DNA of 37,363 nucleotides. It comes from Candidatus Poseidoniia archaeon. Lineage in GTDB: Archaea; Thermoplasmatota; Poseidoniia; MGIII; CG-Epi1. Positions 1 through 9,198 of this stretch are shown here, piece by piece; the first letter of the stretch is position 1, and the number at the start of each line of letters is the position of its first letter. The translations under genes were made by a program, and so were the position numbers. The notes under the pieces were generated by a model. That model ran no database searches, was not told the DNA's origin, and saw nothing but the letters and a program-made list of their open reading frames with translations. The DNA lies in NCBI GenBank assembly GCA_022449705.1, contig JAKURS010000001.1:1-37363 (forward strand), in the 5' to 3' direction.

Positions 1-143
1 AGCCCCGAGAAGAGCGTCATGTTGAACACGCACGCCCGCGTGATGAGCATCCAGCGGCTGACCGGGTCGAGCGGGGCGCCCGGCAGCGGGTTGGCGGTCT
101 GGTAGATGGTGCGCCAGCGGGTGAAGTAAGCGGGGGCGGTCAT
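1..143 (-). CDS. Partial CDS (first 47 codons), hypothetical, probably a membrane protein
   Basis: The reverse strand reads ATG at 143 with no stop to the window edge (MTAPAYFTRWRTIYQTANPLPGAPLDPVSRWMLITRACVFNMTLFSG). Its ATG overlaps the TGA of the upstream inositol-phosphate synthase gene (ATGA), a typical coupled junction. It is too short to assign a family. Confidence 0.35.
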   Translation of the reverse strand, partial: MTAPAYFTRWRTIYQTANPLPGAPLDPVSRWMLITRACVFNMTLFSG

Positions 144-1462
144 TCGTCCTCGTAATAGTCCAGCCCGAGGTGCGTTATGAGCGTCTCGCCCATCAGGTGC
201 CGCAGCGTATTCTCCAGCTTCACCTTCTGCGCGAACAGGTCGTGCATCGGCGTCAGCCCCGGCTTGGTCATGGGGGACTTGAAGTAGAACGAGAGCCACT
301 CCTGGATGCCGCCCATATTCGCGCGCTGGGCAAGGTCGAGGAACAGCGCGAGGTCAAGCACGATGGGGGCGGCGAGGATGGAGTCGCGGCAGAGGAAATT
401 GACCTTGATCTGCATTGGGTAGCCGAGCCAGCCGCGGATGTCAATGTTGTCCCAGCCCTCCTTGTTGTCGCCGCGCGGTGGGTAGTAGTTGATGCGCACC
501 TTGTGGTACAGATCGCCGTACAGTTCCGGAAATTTCTCCGGCTCGAGCATCTGCTCCAGCACCCCCAGCTTGGAGACCTCCTTGGTCTTGAAGCTCTCCG
601 GGTCGTCGAGCACCTCGCCGTCGCGGTTGCCGAGAATGTTGGTCGAGAACCAGCCGTCGATGCCGAGCAGCCGCGCCTTCAGCCCCGGCGCCAGGATGGT
701 CTTCATCAGCGTCTGCCCGGTCTTGAAGTCCTTGCCCGCAATCGGCACCCCCGCCTCGCGCGCCAGCGCATACATTGCCGGGAAGTCGACTGACAGGTTG
801 GGCGCGCCGTTGGCGTACGGGACGCCTTCGCGAATCGCGGCATACGCGTAGAGAACCGACGGCGCAATCACGGGATGGTCGCTGTCCAGTGCCGCCTCCA
901 GAGCCTTGGGCGCCTCGAACATGTCGCCCTCCGGCGCCTGATACACCTCGGTCGAGCCGCACCAGACCATCACTGCGCGGTCTAGCTTGTGCGCCTTGCG
1001 GAACTCGCGGATATCAGCGCGCAGCGCCTCAATGCGCGCGCGGTGCCCTTTCTCGGGCTTGACGTGCGCGCCGTCCAGATTCCTGACGAAGCGCCTCTCG
1101 AAAACGGCCTTCATCGGTGCAATCGCCTCGAGTTCCGGCCGCAGCTGGTCGAGCAGCTCGCGCTCAAGCACCCCCGCCTTGCATGCGACGGCGTAAACGT
1201 CGTCGGGAAAGATGTCCCAGCCACCGAACACTAGCCCGTCGGGTTTCGCGAGTGGCACGAGGTCACGGACCGGGACTTCGCGGTGGTCGGTGCGCTTGCC
1301 GAGCCGCACCGTTCCCAGCTGCGTCAGCGAGCCAATCGGCTGCGCCAGCTTTTTTTGCAGCGCCAGCACGCCAGCGATGAAGGTGGTTGAGACCGCGCCC
1401 AGCCCCGGCAGCAGGACTCCCAGCCGGCCTGTGGCGGGTGCAATATCGACGGCTTCGGACAT
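140..1462 (-). CDS. ino1: myo-inositol-1-phosphate (inositol-3-phosphate) synthase
   Basis: The translation carries MIPS-family blocks (GKDFKTGQTLMKT, WFSTNILGNRDGEVL, CGSTE). The track ORF starts at 1549; I trimmed it to ATG 1462 (MSEAVDIAPATGRLGVLLPGLGAVSTT), where the conserved N-terminus begins. Confidence 0.85.
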   Translation of the reverse strand: MSEAVDIAPATGRLGVLLPGLGAVSTTFIAGVLALQKKLAQPIGSLTQLGTVRLGKRTDHREVPVRDLVPLAKPDGLVFGGWDIFPDDVYAVACKAGVLERELLDQLRPELEAIAPMKAVFERRFVRNLDGAHVKPEKGHRARIEALRADIREFRKAHKLDRAVMVWCGSTEVYQAPEGDMFEAPKALEAALDSDHPVIAPSVLYAYAAIREGVPYANGAPNLSVDFPAMYALAREAGVPIAGKDFKTGQTLMKTILAPGLKARLLGIDGWFSTNILGNRDGEVLDDPESFKTKEVSKLGVLEQMLEPEKFPELYGDLYHKVRINYYPPRGDNKEGWDNIDIRGWLGYPMQIKVNFLCRDSILAAPIVLDLALFLDLAQRANMGGIQEWLSFYFKSPMTKPGLTPMHDLFAQKVKLENTLRHLMGETLITHLGLDYYEDE

Positions 1463-1524
1463 TTCTGCGCGGGAGCCGCGGCACCCGCACGGCAGGGTAT
1501 TAACGTTGGCGCAACTCACCCAGT

Positions 1525-1869
1525 ATGCCCCCCGATGACGCTCTCCCATCCACTAGTGGCGACTTCCCCGCGGTCGTCGCCGTCGCCAGCGCCGCGGTGG
1601 CACTGCTCTTCATCGGGCTGGGGCTGCTGCTGGCGCCCACGGCCGGTTCGCCGGTCGAGACCGGACTGCCGACCAGCTGGGGCGTCGTAATCCTGGTATG
1701 TGGCTTGGCGGGGCTGCGGCTGGCGTGGCGGTTGCAGGGGGGCGACGCCGGCGGGGTGCGCGCGTGGTGCGTGCTGATGGCGCTGCTTTCGCTCCCGACG
1801 CTGCCGTATTCGCTGCCGGTGGCGCTGCCGGCACTCTTCGGCGCGTGGCGGCTGTGGGGTAGCAGCTGA
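1525..1869 (+). CDS. Hypothetical small multi-pass membrane protein
   Basis: 114-aa ORF with 3-4 hydrophobic segments. A TATA-like tattaac lies about 27 nt upstream of the ATG and a T6 run follows the stop. No family was recognised. Confidence 0.45.
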   Translation: MPPDDALPSTSGDFPAVVAVASAAVALLFIGLGLLLAPTAGSPVETGLPTSWGVVILVCGLAGLRLAWRLQGGDAGGVRAWCVLMALLSLPTLPYSLPVALPALFGAWRLWGSS

Positions 1870-1925
1870 AAACTCAAAATATTTTTTCGAAAATGGCTTA
1901 AATATCGGTAACCGCAGTCGACCGT

Positions 1926-2645
1926 ATGGCCCGGCATGGAACAAGTGGCGGCAGTCGTAGCCGGGGCGCGACCGCCCTGCTCACTGCGCTGGCGGTTGCG
2001 CTGCTGCTGCTGCCGTTTGCGGTGGCCGCGGAGCCGACAATCAAGTTCAACCCGCGCGAGCGCGACTTCCGTGGCGTCGCCATGGAAGAAGGTGATTCCC
2101 CCGTCTACTATCTGAATGGCGGTGACGCGCACTGGGCCAACTTCAGCTTCAGTGTCAACGGCAGCGGCCGCGCCGACATATTCCTGCTGCGCGACAGCGT
2201 CTACCGGGGTGAACTGGGGGGCGACCTCGGCAACGCCAGTACGGAGTTCCAGCCTTACCGCGAATGGCTGAACGTCTCGACGCTCGCCATCAACGTGACC
2301 TTCCCCAGCGACGAGGAAATGGTGCTTATCGTTGACAACAGCGACGTACCGTGGAACGATACGCTCCCCGACGGCAGGCTCACCTACGACCTTTTCATCC
2401 TCGACTGGGAATTAGATTTGGCCGAACTGCTCTCTTGGATTGAGGATTTGGTGCAGCAGGGAATGCTCATCTGTGGTGGCATCTGCCTCGTGCTCATCAT
2501 TGCAATTGTAGCCATATTTGCCGCCTCGCGGCGCGGCAGGGGTGGTGGAGGCGGGCCGCAACTGGATCTGGACGGCGACGGCCGCGTCAGCGACACCGAA
2601 TGGGCCATCTACAAGTCGCAACGCGACTCCGGGGACCAGCGGTGA
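1926..2645 (+). CDS. Type-I membrane glycoprotein-like protein with a C-terminal EF-hand-like loop
   Basis: It has a basic N-terminus and a hydrophobic signal segment (ALLTALAVALLLLPFAVAAEP). There are six N-x-S/T sequons (NFS, NGS, NAS, NVS, NVT, NDT), one C-terminal TM segment, then RRGRGGGGG and DLDGDGRVSDTE. The TATA cttaaatat at 1897-1905 lies 21-29 nt upstream. Confidence 0.6.
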   Translation: MARHGTSGGSRSRGATALLTALAVALLLLPFAVAAEPTIKFNPRERDFRGVAMEEGDSPVYYLNGGDAHWANFSFSVNGSGRADIFLLRDSVYRGELGGDLGNASTEFQPYREWLNVSTLAINVTFPSDEEMVLIVDNSDVPWNDTLPDGRLTYDLFILDWELDLAELLSWIEDLVQQGMLICGGICLVLIIAIVAIFAASRRGRGGGGGPQLDLDGDGRVSDTEWAIYKSQRDSGDQR

Positions 2646-2648
2646 GAG

Positions 2649-3074
2649 GTGCAATCCGCGACGTTTATCCAGCGGCTGCTCGCATTTTTGGTCGATGCAA
2701 CGCTGCTGCTGCTGGCACAGGCGCTGGTGCTCTTCGCGGTCCTCCTGGTTTTCGGACTGGAGATTCCCGACGCGCACCTGCTGGCGATTGCCGAGCTGGC
2801 CGGACTGGTGCTTGACTCGGGGTTGGCATGGCAGGAAGCCAGCAGCGGGGGCACGTTCGGCAAGCGGCTCCTGAAGATACGTGTCGTCCTGGTTGACGGT
2901 GGCAACATAGGTTACCGCCAGGCGTTCATCCGTAACTTTGCCCGGCTGGGCTGGCAGGTCCCGACTTTCGGTGCGCTGTTCCTGCTCGCTGATGCGCTTT
3001 TGCTGCTGGCACAACCGCGTGGACAACGCATTGGGGACCTGCTGGCCGAAACAAGGGTCGTGCGCGTTCAGTAG
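2649..3074 (+). CDS. RDD family membrane protein
   Basis: GTG start. The pattern is typical of the RDD domain: RLLAFLVDATLLLL ... FGKRLLKIRVV ... YRQAFIRNFARL ... QRIGDLLAETRVV. Confidence 0.7.
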   Translation: MQSATFIQRLLAFLVDATLLLLAQALVLFAVLLVFGLEIPDAHLLAIAELAGLVLDSGLAWQEASSGGTFGKRLLKIRVVLVDGGNIGYRQAFIRNFARLGWQVPTFGALFLLADALLLLAQPRGQRIGDLLAETRVVRVQ

Positions 3075-3844
3075 AAGACCGACAGGCAGGTGAGTGATCC
3101 ATCGGCAGCGCGGATTTGCGACATCTCGAGCGGGTGCAGCTGGAAGCCACGCTGCTCGAGTATTGCGTGCGTCGCGGGATAGCCGGCCGCCACCAGCAAC
3201 TCGTTGCCGAAGGCGATGACATTACAGCCGTAGGTTTCGGTGGCAGGAACGCGAATGACTTCGGCAACGCTCTCGAGTGTCCCGTCAAGTAGCGTGTGTT
3301 CAGGTCCCAGCAGCACCCCCTCATCGGGGGAGGTGCAGATGGACTTCAGGTGTAGTTGGTCGTCGGGAATCACGATTTCGTGCACCGGCATCGGCGCGAC
3401 GAAATCGCGCAGTGCCTGCGTGCCAGCCGGGTTGGTGCGGGTCGAGAGCCCCACGACGAAGCAGTTTCCGACGCGCAGCACGTCGCCGCCGTCCAGGGTG
3501 GCGGGCGCTTCCATTGGGACCAGCTCCAGCGCAGCGCCCAGCGCCTCAGCGACCGGCTGCATTTCACCGCGGCGCGACGCCAACCCTGGCCGTGTCAGCA
3601 GCGCACGGCCGTTGTAGATGACCGCCAGGTCCTCGACAAAGATGCAGTCAGGGCATTCCTCGTCGGTATCCAGTTCTGTGACAGCGACGCCGAAGTCGCG
3701 CAGTGTCGCGACGTAGGCGCTATGCTGCCGTCGCGCCTCTGACACGTCGGTCGGCCCGCTGCCGAAGTAGTTGGCGGTCGCCTGCTGGTAGGAATCGGGA
3801 ACCCCGCGGACGATGGCGCGTGCTATGGTTCCCGAGTGCCCCAT
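3068..3844 (-). CDS. Dimethylarginine dimethylaminohydrolase (DDAH)-like guanidino-group-modifying enzyme
   Basis: It aligns end to end with my recollection of bacterial DDAH (FVEDLAV..., TRPGLASRRGE, LDGGDVL, LHLKS, C-terminal ADGSLTCLSVFY with the catalytic Cys). The track ORF (to 4075) was trimmed to ATG 3844, 4 nt after the dys stop. Confidence 0.8.
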   Translation of the reverse strand: MGHSGTIARAIVRGVPDSYQQATANYFGSGPTDVSEARRQHSAYVATLRDFGVAVTELDTDEECPDCIFVEDLAVIYNGRALLTRPGLASRRGEMQPVAEALGAALELVPMEAPATLDGGDVLRVGNCFVVGLSTRTNPAGTQALRDFVAPMPVHEIVIPDDQLHLKSICTSPDEGVLLGPEHTLLDGTLESVAEVIRVPATETYGCNVIAFGNELLVAAGYPATHAILEQRGFQLHPLEMSQIRAADGSLTCLSVFY

Positions 3845-3848
3845 GGCT

Positions 3849-4778
3849 TTAGCGTAGCGCTCCCGCCAGCAGCGGCAGCAGTACCGTCGCGTCGCCCTCG
3901 ACCGTGACGCGGCGCGCCTCCGGTCTGACCTTGCCCCACGAAACCGCTTCGCGGACGCGCGCACCAGAGAGTGAGCCGTCCCACTCGGGGGCGGTGGTAA
4001 CCTGCACGGCGTAGTCCAGCCCGTCACGGAACTGGTTCCACCAGATGACGTGGTGCTTCGAGATGCCGCCGCCAATCATCAGCGCGCCCGTGGCTTCCGC
4101 GTCGTGAACGATGTCCGAAAGCGCATGCTCGTCCGCCAGCGTGTCGGGTGTGAAATCACGGTGTGACTGCCAGAACTGCCATAGCTGCGAGCCAACCGCG
4201 CCATCGCTGAAACCAGGGACGAAGACCGGCACGTCGCGTGCCGCGCAGGCGGCTAGCAGTGATTCGTCGCCACGTTTTTCGCGCGCTAGCCGCGCGCCCA
4301 GCTCACGCCAGATTTCCCATGGTGTCCACCGATTTTGTTTTTTATATAGGTCGTCAAGAATAGGCTGCAGCCATTTCTCGATGGGAATCCCATAGGAATC
4401 GTCAGGCACCAGCACGTTCCCGAGCCGGTTGACGCCGCGCTCGCGCAGCTCGGCATCGTTCATCGCGAAGTCGCCGTGATAGTAATCGGCCAGCGTGCGG
4501 GCAATGTCGTGGTCGAGCGTCCCGCAGGTGGTTACGACCACGTCTGCGAAGCCCTGTACGACCAGCTGCCGCAGCACACCGCGCGTCCCGGTTGCCATGA
4601 TGTCGGCCGGGAAGCTAATGAACACGGTGCAGTCGGCGTCGCGCATGCGGCGCAGGATGGACGCTGCGGTCGCCAGCTTGGCAGCAGTGAAGCCGCCCGT
4701 TGTGTTGAACCGCTCCAGCAGTTCAGCCAGTGTCGTCTCCGGGCCGGTGGTGAAGTCGCGTACCGGCTCTTTAGCCAT
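3849..4778 (-). CDS. dys: Deoxyhypusine synthase
   Basis: DHS family blocks are present ([47 protein letters not shown]). ATG 4778 overlaps the gyrA stop (ATGGCTAA). The track start at 4784 is a TTG. Confidence 0.9.
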   Translation of the reverse strand: MAKEPVRDFTTGPETTLAELLERFNTTGGFTAAKLATAASILRRMRDADCTVFISFPADIMATGTRGVLRQLVVQGFADVVVTTCGTLDHDIARTLADYYHGDFAMNDAELRERGVNRLGNVLVPDDSYGIPIEKWLQPILDDLYKKQNRWTPWEIWRELGARLAREKRGDESLLAACAARDVPVFVPGFSDGAVGSQLWQFWQSHRDFTPDTLADEHALSDIVHDAEATGALMIGGGISKHHVIWWNQFRDGLDYAVQVTTAPEWDGSLSGARVREAVSWGKVRPEARRVTVEGDATVLLPLLAGALR

Positions 4779-7383
4779 CGACAATCAGTCCGCAGGTCCC
4801 GCAAATCAGTTTGTCGCCGTCCGGTTTCAGCCTCCCCGAGCGACACTCGGGACAGAGTCCGGCCGGTGCCGCCTTCTCCGCCGCAGCTGGCTCCTCTTCA
4901 CCATTCTTGACCTCGGTGTGCAGTGCCACTGCGACAAGCGTTTCGTCCTCCTCGAGCGACATCACCTTGACGCCACGGCCGATGCGCTTGATTTCGCGGA
5001 TGGTGTCGACCTCGGTGCGAATTACCTTGCCGCTGCTGGTCGTCGCCAGCAGCTGCTGTGCGTCGCCCACTGGCAGGCACGCGATGACTGCGCCGCTCTT
5101 TTCGTCCGGCTTGAGGTTAAGGACGCCGCGTGCGCCGCGTTTCGTGAGCCGGTAGTTGGCGACGCTGGCGCGTTTGCCGAAGCCGCGCTCGGTGATAGTC
5201 AGTAGTGTCTCCTCCTCATCGACCAGCGCCATGCTGATGACCGAGTCGTCCTCCTTGAGCCGGATACCGATGACCCCTTGCCCCCCGCGTCCGACAACGC
5301 GGATTTCGCTTTCGCTGGCGCGGTTGGCCATTCCGTTGCGGGTGGCGAACATTACCTGGCTCGAGCCGTCCGAGATGGCGACGTCAATCAGTTCGTCGCC
5401 CTCCTTGAGCGTGATTGCTCGGAAACCCTGGTCTATCTTCCAGCCGCGCGTAATGCGCTGCGTGAATTCCTCCAGCCGCGTGCGCTTGACGATACCGTTC
5501 CGTGTCGCCAGGACCAAAAAGCGGCCTTCGGCCTCCAGGTTGGCCACCGGCAGCATTCGCAGCACCTTCTCGTCCGATTCGTGCCGTTTCTCATCCAGCT
5601 TCTGGAGCAGCTGCACCAGTGGCGTGCCCTTGGCGTAGCGCGAGACGTCGGGAACCTGCCACGCCTTCAGGAAGTACATCGAGCCATCGCCAGTGAAGAA
5701 CAGGATATGGTCGTGCGAGCCGAGCGAGTAGATTTCGACCGGCGTGTCGCCCTCCTTGGCCTTGATGCCAATGCGGCCCTTGCCACCGCGCCGCTGTGCG
5801 CGGTATTCATCCAGCTCCACGCGCTTGATGTAGTCCTCCTGCGTCCGCATCACCACCACCTGCGAGCGCGGTATCAGGTCCTCAGTGTCAATGTCACCAT
5901 CCCAGTCGGAAATCTCGGTACGGCGCTCATCACCGTACTTCTCTTTCAGCTCGAGCAGTTCTGCGCGGATGATTTCGCTTACTCGCTCCGGCCGCGCCAG
6001 CACATCCTGCAGATCGCCGATGGTCACTTTTAGCTCCTCTAGCTCGTCACGCCGGGCATTGGCGTCCTGCCGCGAAAGCTGGTAGAGCCGCATCTCGGCA
6101 ATTGCCTTGGCCTGCGGCTCGCTCAACCGGAACTGCGCCTGCAGTCCCGCAACGACCGCATCGCGACCGTCTGCCTTGCGTATGAATTCGATAATCGCAT
6201 CCAGCTGCGAAATGGCGAGCAGCAGCCCCTCAACGATGTGCGCCCGTTCCTGCGCCTTCTTCAGCCGGAAGTGGCTGCGTCGTTCAACCACTTCGCGGCG
6301 GTGCTCCAGGTAGACTGACAGTTGCTGCTGGAGCGGAAGGCGCACCGGCTGCCCCTTCACCAGCGCCACCGCATTGACGGCGAAGCTGCTTTCGAGCGCC
6401 GAATGCTTGAAGAGCAGGTTTTCGACGATTTGCGGTGACGCGTCTTGCTTCAGCTCGACCACTACGCGCATCCCGCGCCGGTCCGACTCATCACGTAGGT
6501 CACGGATGCCGGCGACTTTCTTGTCGCGCACTAGCTTCGAGATTTCCTCGAGCAGCCGGTTCTTCTGCAGGCCATACGGGATTTCGCTGACAATCAGCCG
6601 CTGCTGCTTGCCCGCATCTTCGTGCGTTACGCGGCCGCGCAGTTTGATTTGGCCCTGCCCCTTGGAGAAGGCGTTGTAGATGCCTTGCCGCCCCATGATG
6701 GTGCCGCCGGTGGGAAAGTCTGGTCCCGGCAGCACCTCCATGACGCGCGCCAGCGAAACCCCGGGGTCGGCCAGCTGTAGCAGCAGCGCCTCGACCACCT
6801 CCGCAAGGTTGTGTGGTGGCATGTTGGTTGCCATCCCGACCGCGATTCCAGCCGAACCGTTGACCAGCAGCCCCGGCAGGACCCCCGGCAGCACGGACGG
6901 CTCCTGCAGCGAGCCGTCGTAATTGTCGACGAAATTGACTGTATCCTCGTCGATATCGCGCAGCACCGTCTCCGCGATGGGCGCCAGCCGCGACTCGGTG
7001 TAGCGCATCGCCGCGGCGCGGTCGCCGTCGACCGAGCCGAAATTGCCTTGCCCATCGACCAACGGGTAGCGCAACGAGAAATCCTGCGCCATGCGCACCA
7101 TCGTATCATAGATGGCCTGGTCGCCGTGGGGGTGGTACTTTCCCATCGTGTCGCCGACGATGCGCGCCGATTTCTTGTAGGGCGAGCGCGGTCCCGAGCC
7201 CATCTCGCGCATCGCGTAGAGCACCCGCCGGTGGACTGGCTTCAGCCCGTCACGCGCATCGGGCAGCGCGCGGCCAACGATGACCGACATGGCGTATTCC
7301 AGGTACGACTTGCGCATCTCGGTCTCGATGTTGCGCTCCAGCACTGTACCGCTCTCTGTCTCTGCCAAAATAGCCTCTCCCAA
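4771..7383 (-). CDS. gyrA: DNA gyrase subunit A with an extra C-terminal CxxC...CxxC zinc-ribbon-like tail
   Basis: The GyrA N-terminus is canonical ([33 protein letters not shown], active-site region AAMRYTE) and the beta-pinwheel C-terminal domain is present. The TTG start at 7383 lies about 28-35 nt downstream of a TATA (minus-strand ccttttaa, 7411-7418). Confidence 0.95.
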   Translation of the reverse strand: MGEAILAETESGTVLERNIETEMRKSYLEYAMSVIVGRALPDARDGLKPVHRRVLYAMREMGSGPRSPYKKSARIVGDTMGKYHPHGDQAIYDTMVRMAQDFSLRYPLVDGQGNFGSVDGDRAAAMRYTESRLAPIAETVLRDIDEDTVNFVDNYDGSLQEPSVLPGVLPGLLVNGSAGIAVGMATNMPPHNLAEVVEALLLQLADPGVSLARVMEVLPGPDFPTGGTIMGRQGIYNAFSKGQGQIKLRGRVTHEDAGKQQRLIVSEIPYGLQKNRLLEEISKLVRDKKVAGIRDLRDESDRRGMRVVVELKQDASPQIVENLLFKHSALESSFAVNAVALVKGQPVRLPLQQQLSVYLEHRREVVERRSHFRLKKAQERAHIVEGLLLAISQLDAIIEFIRKADGRDAVVAGLQAQFRLSEPQAKAIAEMRLYQLSRQDANARRDELEELKVTIGDLQDVLARPERVSEIIRAELLELKEKYGDERRTEISDWDGDIDTEDLIPRSQVVVMRTQEDYIKRVELDEYRAQRRGGKGRIGIKAKEGDTPVEIYSLGSHDHILFFTGDGSMYFLKAWQVPDVSRYAKGTPLVQLLQKLDEKRHESDEKVLRMLPVANLEAEGRFLVLATRNGIVKRTRLEEFTQRITRGWKIDQGFRAITLKEGDELIDVAISDGSSQVMFATRNGMANRASESEIRVVGRGGQGVIGIRLKEDDSVISMALVDEEETLLTITERGFGKRASVANYRLTKRGARGVLNLKPDEKSGAVIACLPVGDAQQLLATTSSGKVIRTEVDTIREIKRIGRGVKVMSLEEDETLVAVALHTEVKNGEEEPAAAEKAAPAGLCPECRSGRLKPDGDKLICGTCGLIVDG

Positions 7384-7410
7384 CGACGCCGAAGACCCAG
7401 CGCAGGCCGC

Positions 7411-7418
7411 TTAAAAGG
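7411..7418 (-). promoter_or_regulatory. TATA box of the gyrA-dys-DDAH-like operon
   Basis: Minus-strand ccttttaa lies 28-35 nt upstream of the TTG at 7383. Confidence 0.5.
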
Positions 7419-7495
7419 GAGGTGGCCGGGCAGTGCTCTGCACTGCCCGCGCGCGCGTGGGCGGTGGCTGCCCTGCAGCGCGTGCTGAAACGCTT

Positions 7496-8005
7496 TCAGC
7501 TCGCTGCGGTGGAGCCTTCGTACAGAACGGTGATGAACAGGTCGTAGCTGTTGGGCGCCGAGCCCCAGTTTGTAACTTCCGCAGTGTAGTCGCCGGTACC
7601 GCAGGCGGCGAAGTCGCGATAGGTCATGGTCACCTTCTCTTGGTCACCGGCATTGCCCGACGAGCCGCACTCCTGTCCTTCGGTACCGTAGATGGCCAGG
7701 TCGAGGTCACCCGAGCCGTCACCCTGCAGCTCGATGATTGCGCCGGTAGCGTATTGCTCGACGGGGAAGTCATGGTTGTTGGTCGTTGCGGGCCCTTTGT
7801 AGATGCCGCCGCCCGGCGCGTAGACCGTGTCCTGGATATGGTCTTCGTACGGCGGCAGCACCGGCCAGCCCGTCAGTTCGCCTGCATCCGGCACGTCGCC
7901 GGTTGGGCCGCCGTAGCTCCACTCGCCGTAGCTCATGCCGGCCAGCGTCAGCACCGCCACACCCAGCGCAACGCGCTGCATCAGCCAGTTGAGCTCCGAC
8001 GCCAT
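7496..8005 (-). CDS. Small secreted protein, pre-peptidase C-terminal (PPC)-like beta-sandwich
   Basis: It has a signal-like N-terminus (RVALGVAVLTLAGMSYG) and a Gly/Asp-rich body with GDLDLAIYG, a motif reminiscent of PPC domains. A TATA-like cttataac lies about 19-26 nt upstream. Confidence 0.5.
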   Translation of the reverse strand: MASELNWLMQRVALGVAVLTLAGMSYGEWSYGGPTGDVPDAGELTGWPVLPPYEDHIQDTVYAPGGGIYKGPATTNNHDFPVEQYATGAIIELQGDGSGDLDLAIYGTEGQECGSSGNAGDQEKVTMTYRDFAACGTGDYTAEVTNWGSAPNSYDLFITVLYEGSTAAS

Positions 8006-8038
8006 TGGTACGCGAGCGCTGTCAGCGTTATAAGTGTT

Positions 8039-8716
8039 TCAGAAGAGCTGTAGCGCCTCTTCGAGGCGCCCTAGCTCGATACCAGTACTGGCACGGCCAC
8101 AGACCGCTCCTGCCGCGGTGGCGACGACCCCAGCGCCGATGAGTGGCATCCCGAAGTTGGCGGTGCATTCCATTATCTCCACGCCGAGCCGCTGGCCGAG
8201 CGCCTGCCGCTCCTCGTCCTGAATTTCGGGATGGCAGACGCCCCCCCGGCCGGTGACGCAGGCGAGCATGCCGACGTTATCCATCCCAGCCAGCAGCTGC
8301 GGCCGCAGCTCGATGCCAAGAGTTGCCCCGGCCGCTTTGCGCGCTGCCGGCGAGAGTCGCGGGCTGCAAACGCCACCAGAGTCGCTGACGAGCAGGTTGT
8401 TGCCCACCGCGTTAGCGCGCTCCTCGAGCACGCCGAACCGCAGGTCATGTTGCTCTGCAATTGCCGCGAGCGCGTCGCGCTCACGGTCGGTCGCCAGGTT
8501 GGAGATTAGCATCCCGTGCGAGTTCAGCGTCACCAGCGTCCCGAGCACGCGGCTGCCGCCGACAGTTGCCTCGATAACAGGTGCACCCAGTGCCTCTGAG
8601 ATGGCCTCGCGGTCGTCGGCCGGGATACCTGGCGGCAGCAGCGCCAGAACATCAGAAACGGCGCAGAATACCCCGACGTAGGGAGAATTGAAAAGGTCCT
8701 GCCGCAGGAGCGCCAT
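8039..8716 (-). CDS. eif6: Translation initiation factor 6 (aIF6)
   Basis: 225 aa with the pentameric repeat pattern of eIF6 (SPYVGVF..., NSHGMLISN, NAVGNNLLVSD, DNVGMLACV, GMPLIGAGVV). It abuts the rpl31e stop with no gap. Confidence 0.9.
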   Translation of the reverse strand: MALLRQDLFNSPYVGVFCAVSDVLALLPPGIPADDREAISEALGAPVIEATVGGSRVLGTLVTLNSHGMLISNLATDRERDALAAIAEQHDLRFGVLEERANAVGNNLLVSDSGGVCSPRLSPAARKAAGATLGIELRPQLLAGMDNVGMLACVTGRGGVCHPEIQDEERQALGQRLGVEIMECTANFGMPLIGAGVVATAAGAVCGRASTGIELGRLEEALQLF

Positions 8717-9043
8717 CTACTCGGCGAGATGCACGACGACGCTGCCGTCCTCGAACTTCAGCGCCCGCACCCGGATGCGTGACGGCGGCTTCTCGATGCC
8801 GCGCGCCCAGATAGCCTCGTTGACCGGTGGGTCGATGAAGAGCGCCCGCTCCTCGGACTTGCCCTTGCGGGCTTCGGCGGCGGTGCGCACTGCGACGCCT
8901 TCGCGCTCGGGTTTCATGTGCCGTACCAGGAAATCCTCGACCATGCGCATCGCCACCGGCGCGCGCCGCGTGCGCGGCACCCTGTAGAGCTTGCGCAGGG
9001 GAATAGTGTAAATTCGCTCCAGCCGCAGCTCGTCGTTGGCCAT
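8717..9043 (-). CDS. rpl31e: 50S ribosomal protein L31e
   Basis: L31e signature ERIYTIPLRK...RAP ... NEAIWARGIEKPPSRIRVRA. Its ATG overlaps the rpl39e stop by 1 nt (TAATG). Confidence 0.9.
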   Translation of the reverse strand: MANDELRLERIYTIPLRKLYRVPRTRRAPVAMRMVEDFLVRHMKPEREGVAVRTAAEARKGKSEERALFIDPPVNEAIWARGIEKPPSRIRVRALKFEDGSVVVHLAE

Positions 9044-9198
9044 TAGCGGTGCAGTCTCCCGCGGCGCCAGAAGTGTCGCTTGGGATGCGAAGTGAAACGG
9101 CGGTTAGTGCGCTGCATCACCCACGCGGGAACGCGCCGGTTGCGCTTCACCAGCTTGTTCAGCCGCAGCTTCTTGGCATAGGGTTTGTGGCTAGCCAT
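9043..9198 (-). CDS. rpl39e: 50S ribosomal protein L39e
   Basis: 51-aa basic protein [51 protein letters not shown]. The track ORF (to 9357) was trimmed to ATG 9198, which overlaps the upstream stop (ATGGCTAG). Confidence 0.85.
   Translation of the reverse strand: MASHKPYAKKLRLNKLVKRNRRVPAWVMQRTNRRFTSHPKRHFWRRGRLHR

Noticed and set aside
3845-4075. 77-codon N-terminal extension of the DDAH-like ORF
   Set aside because: It overlaps the 3' end of dys in another frame with Ser/Arg-rich junk composition. The DDAH alignment starts at ATG 3844.
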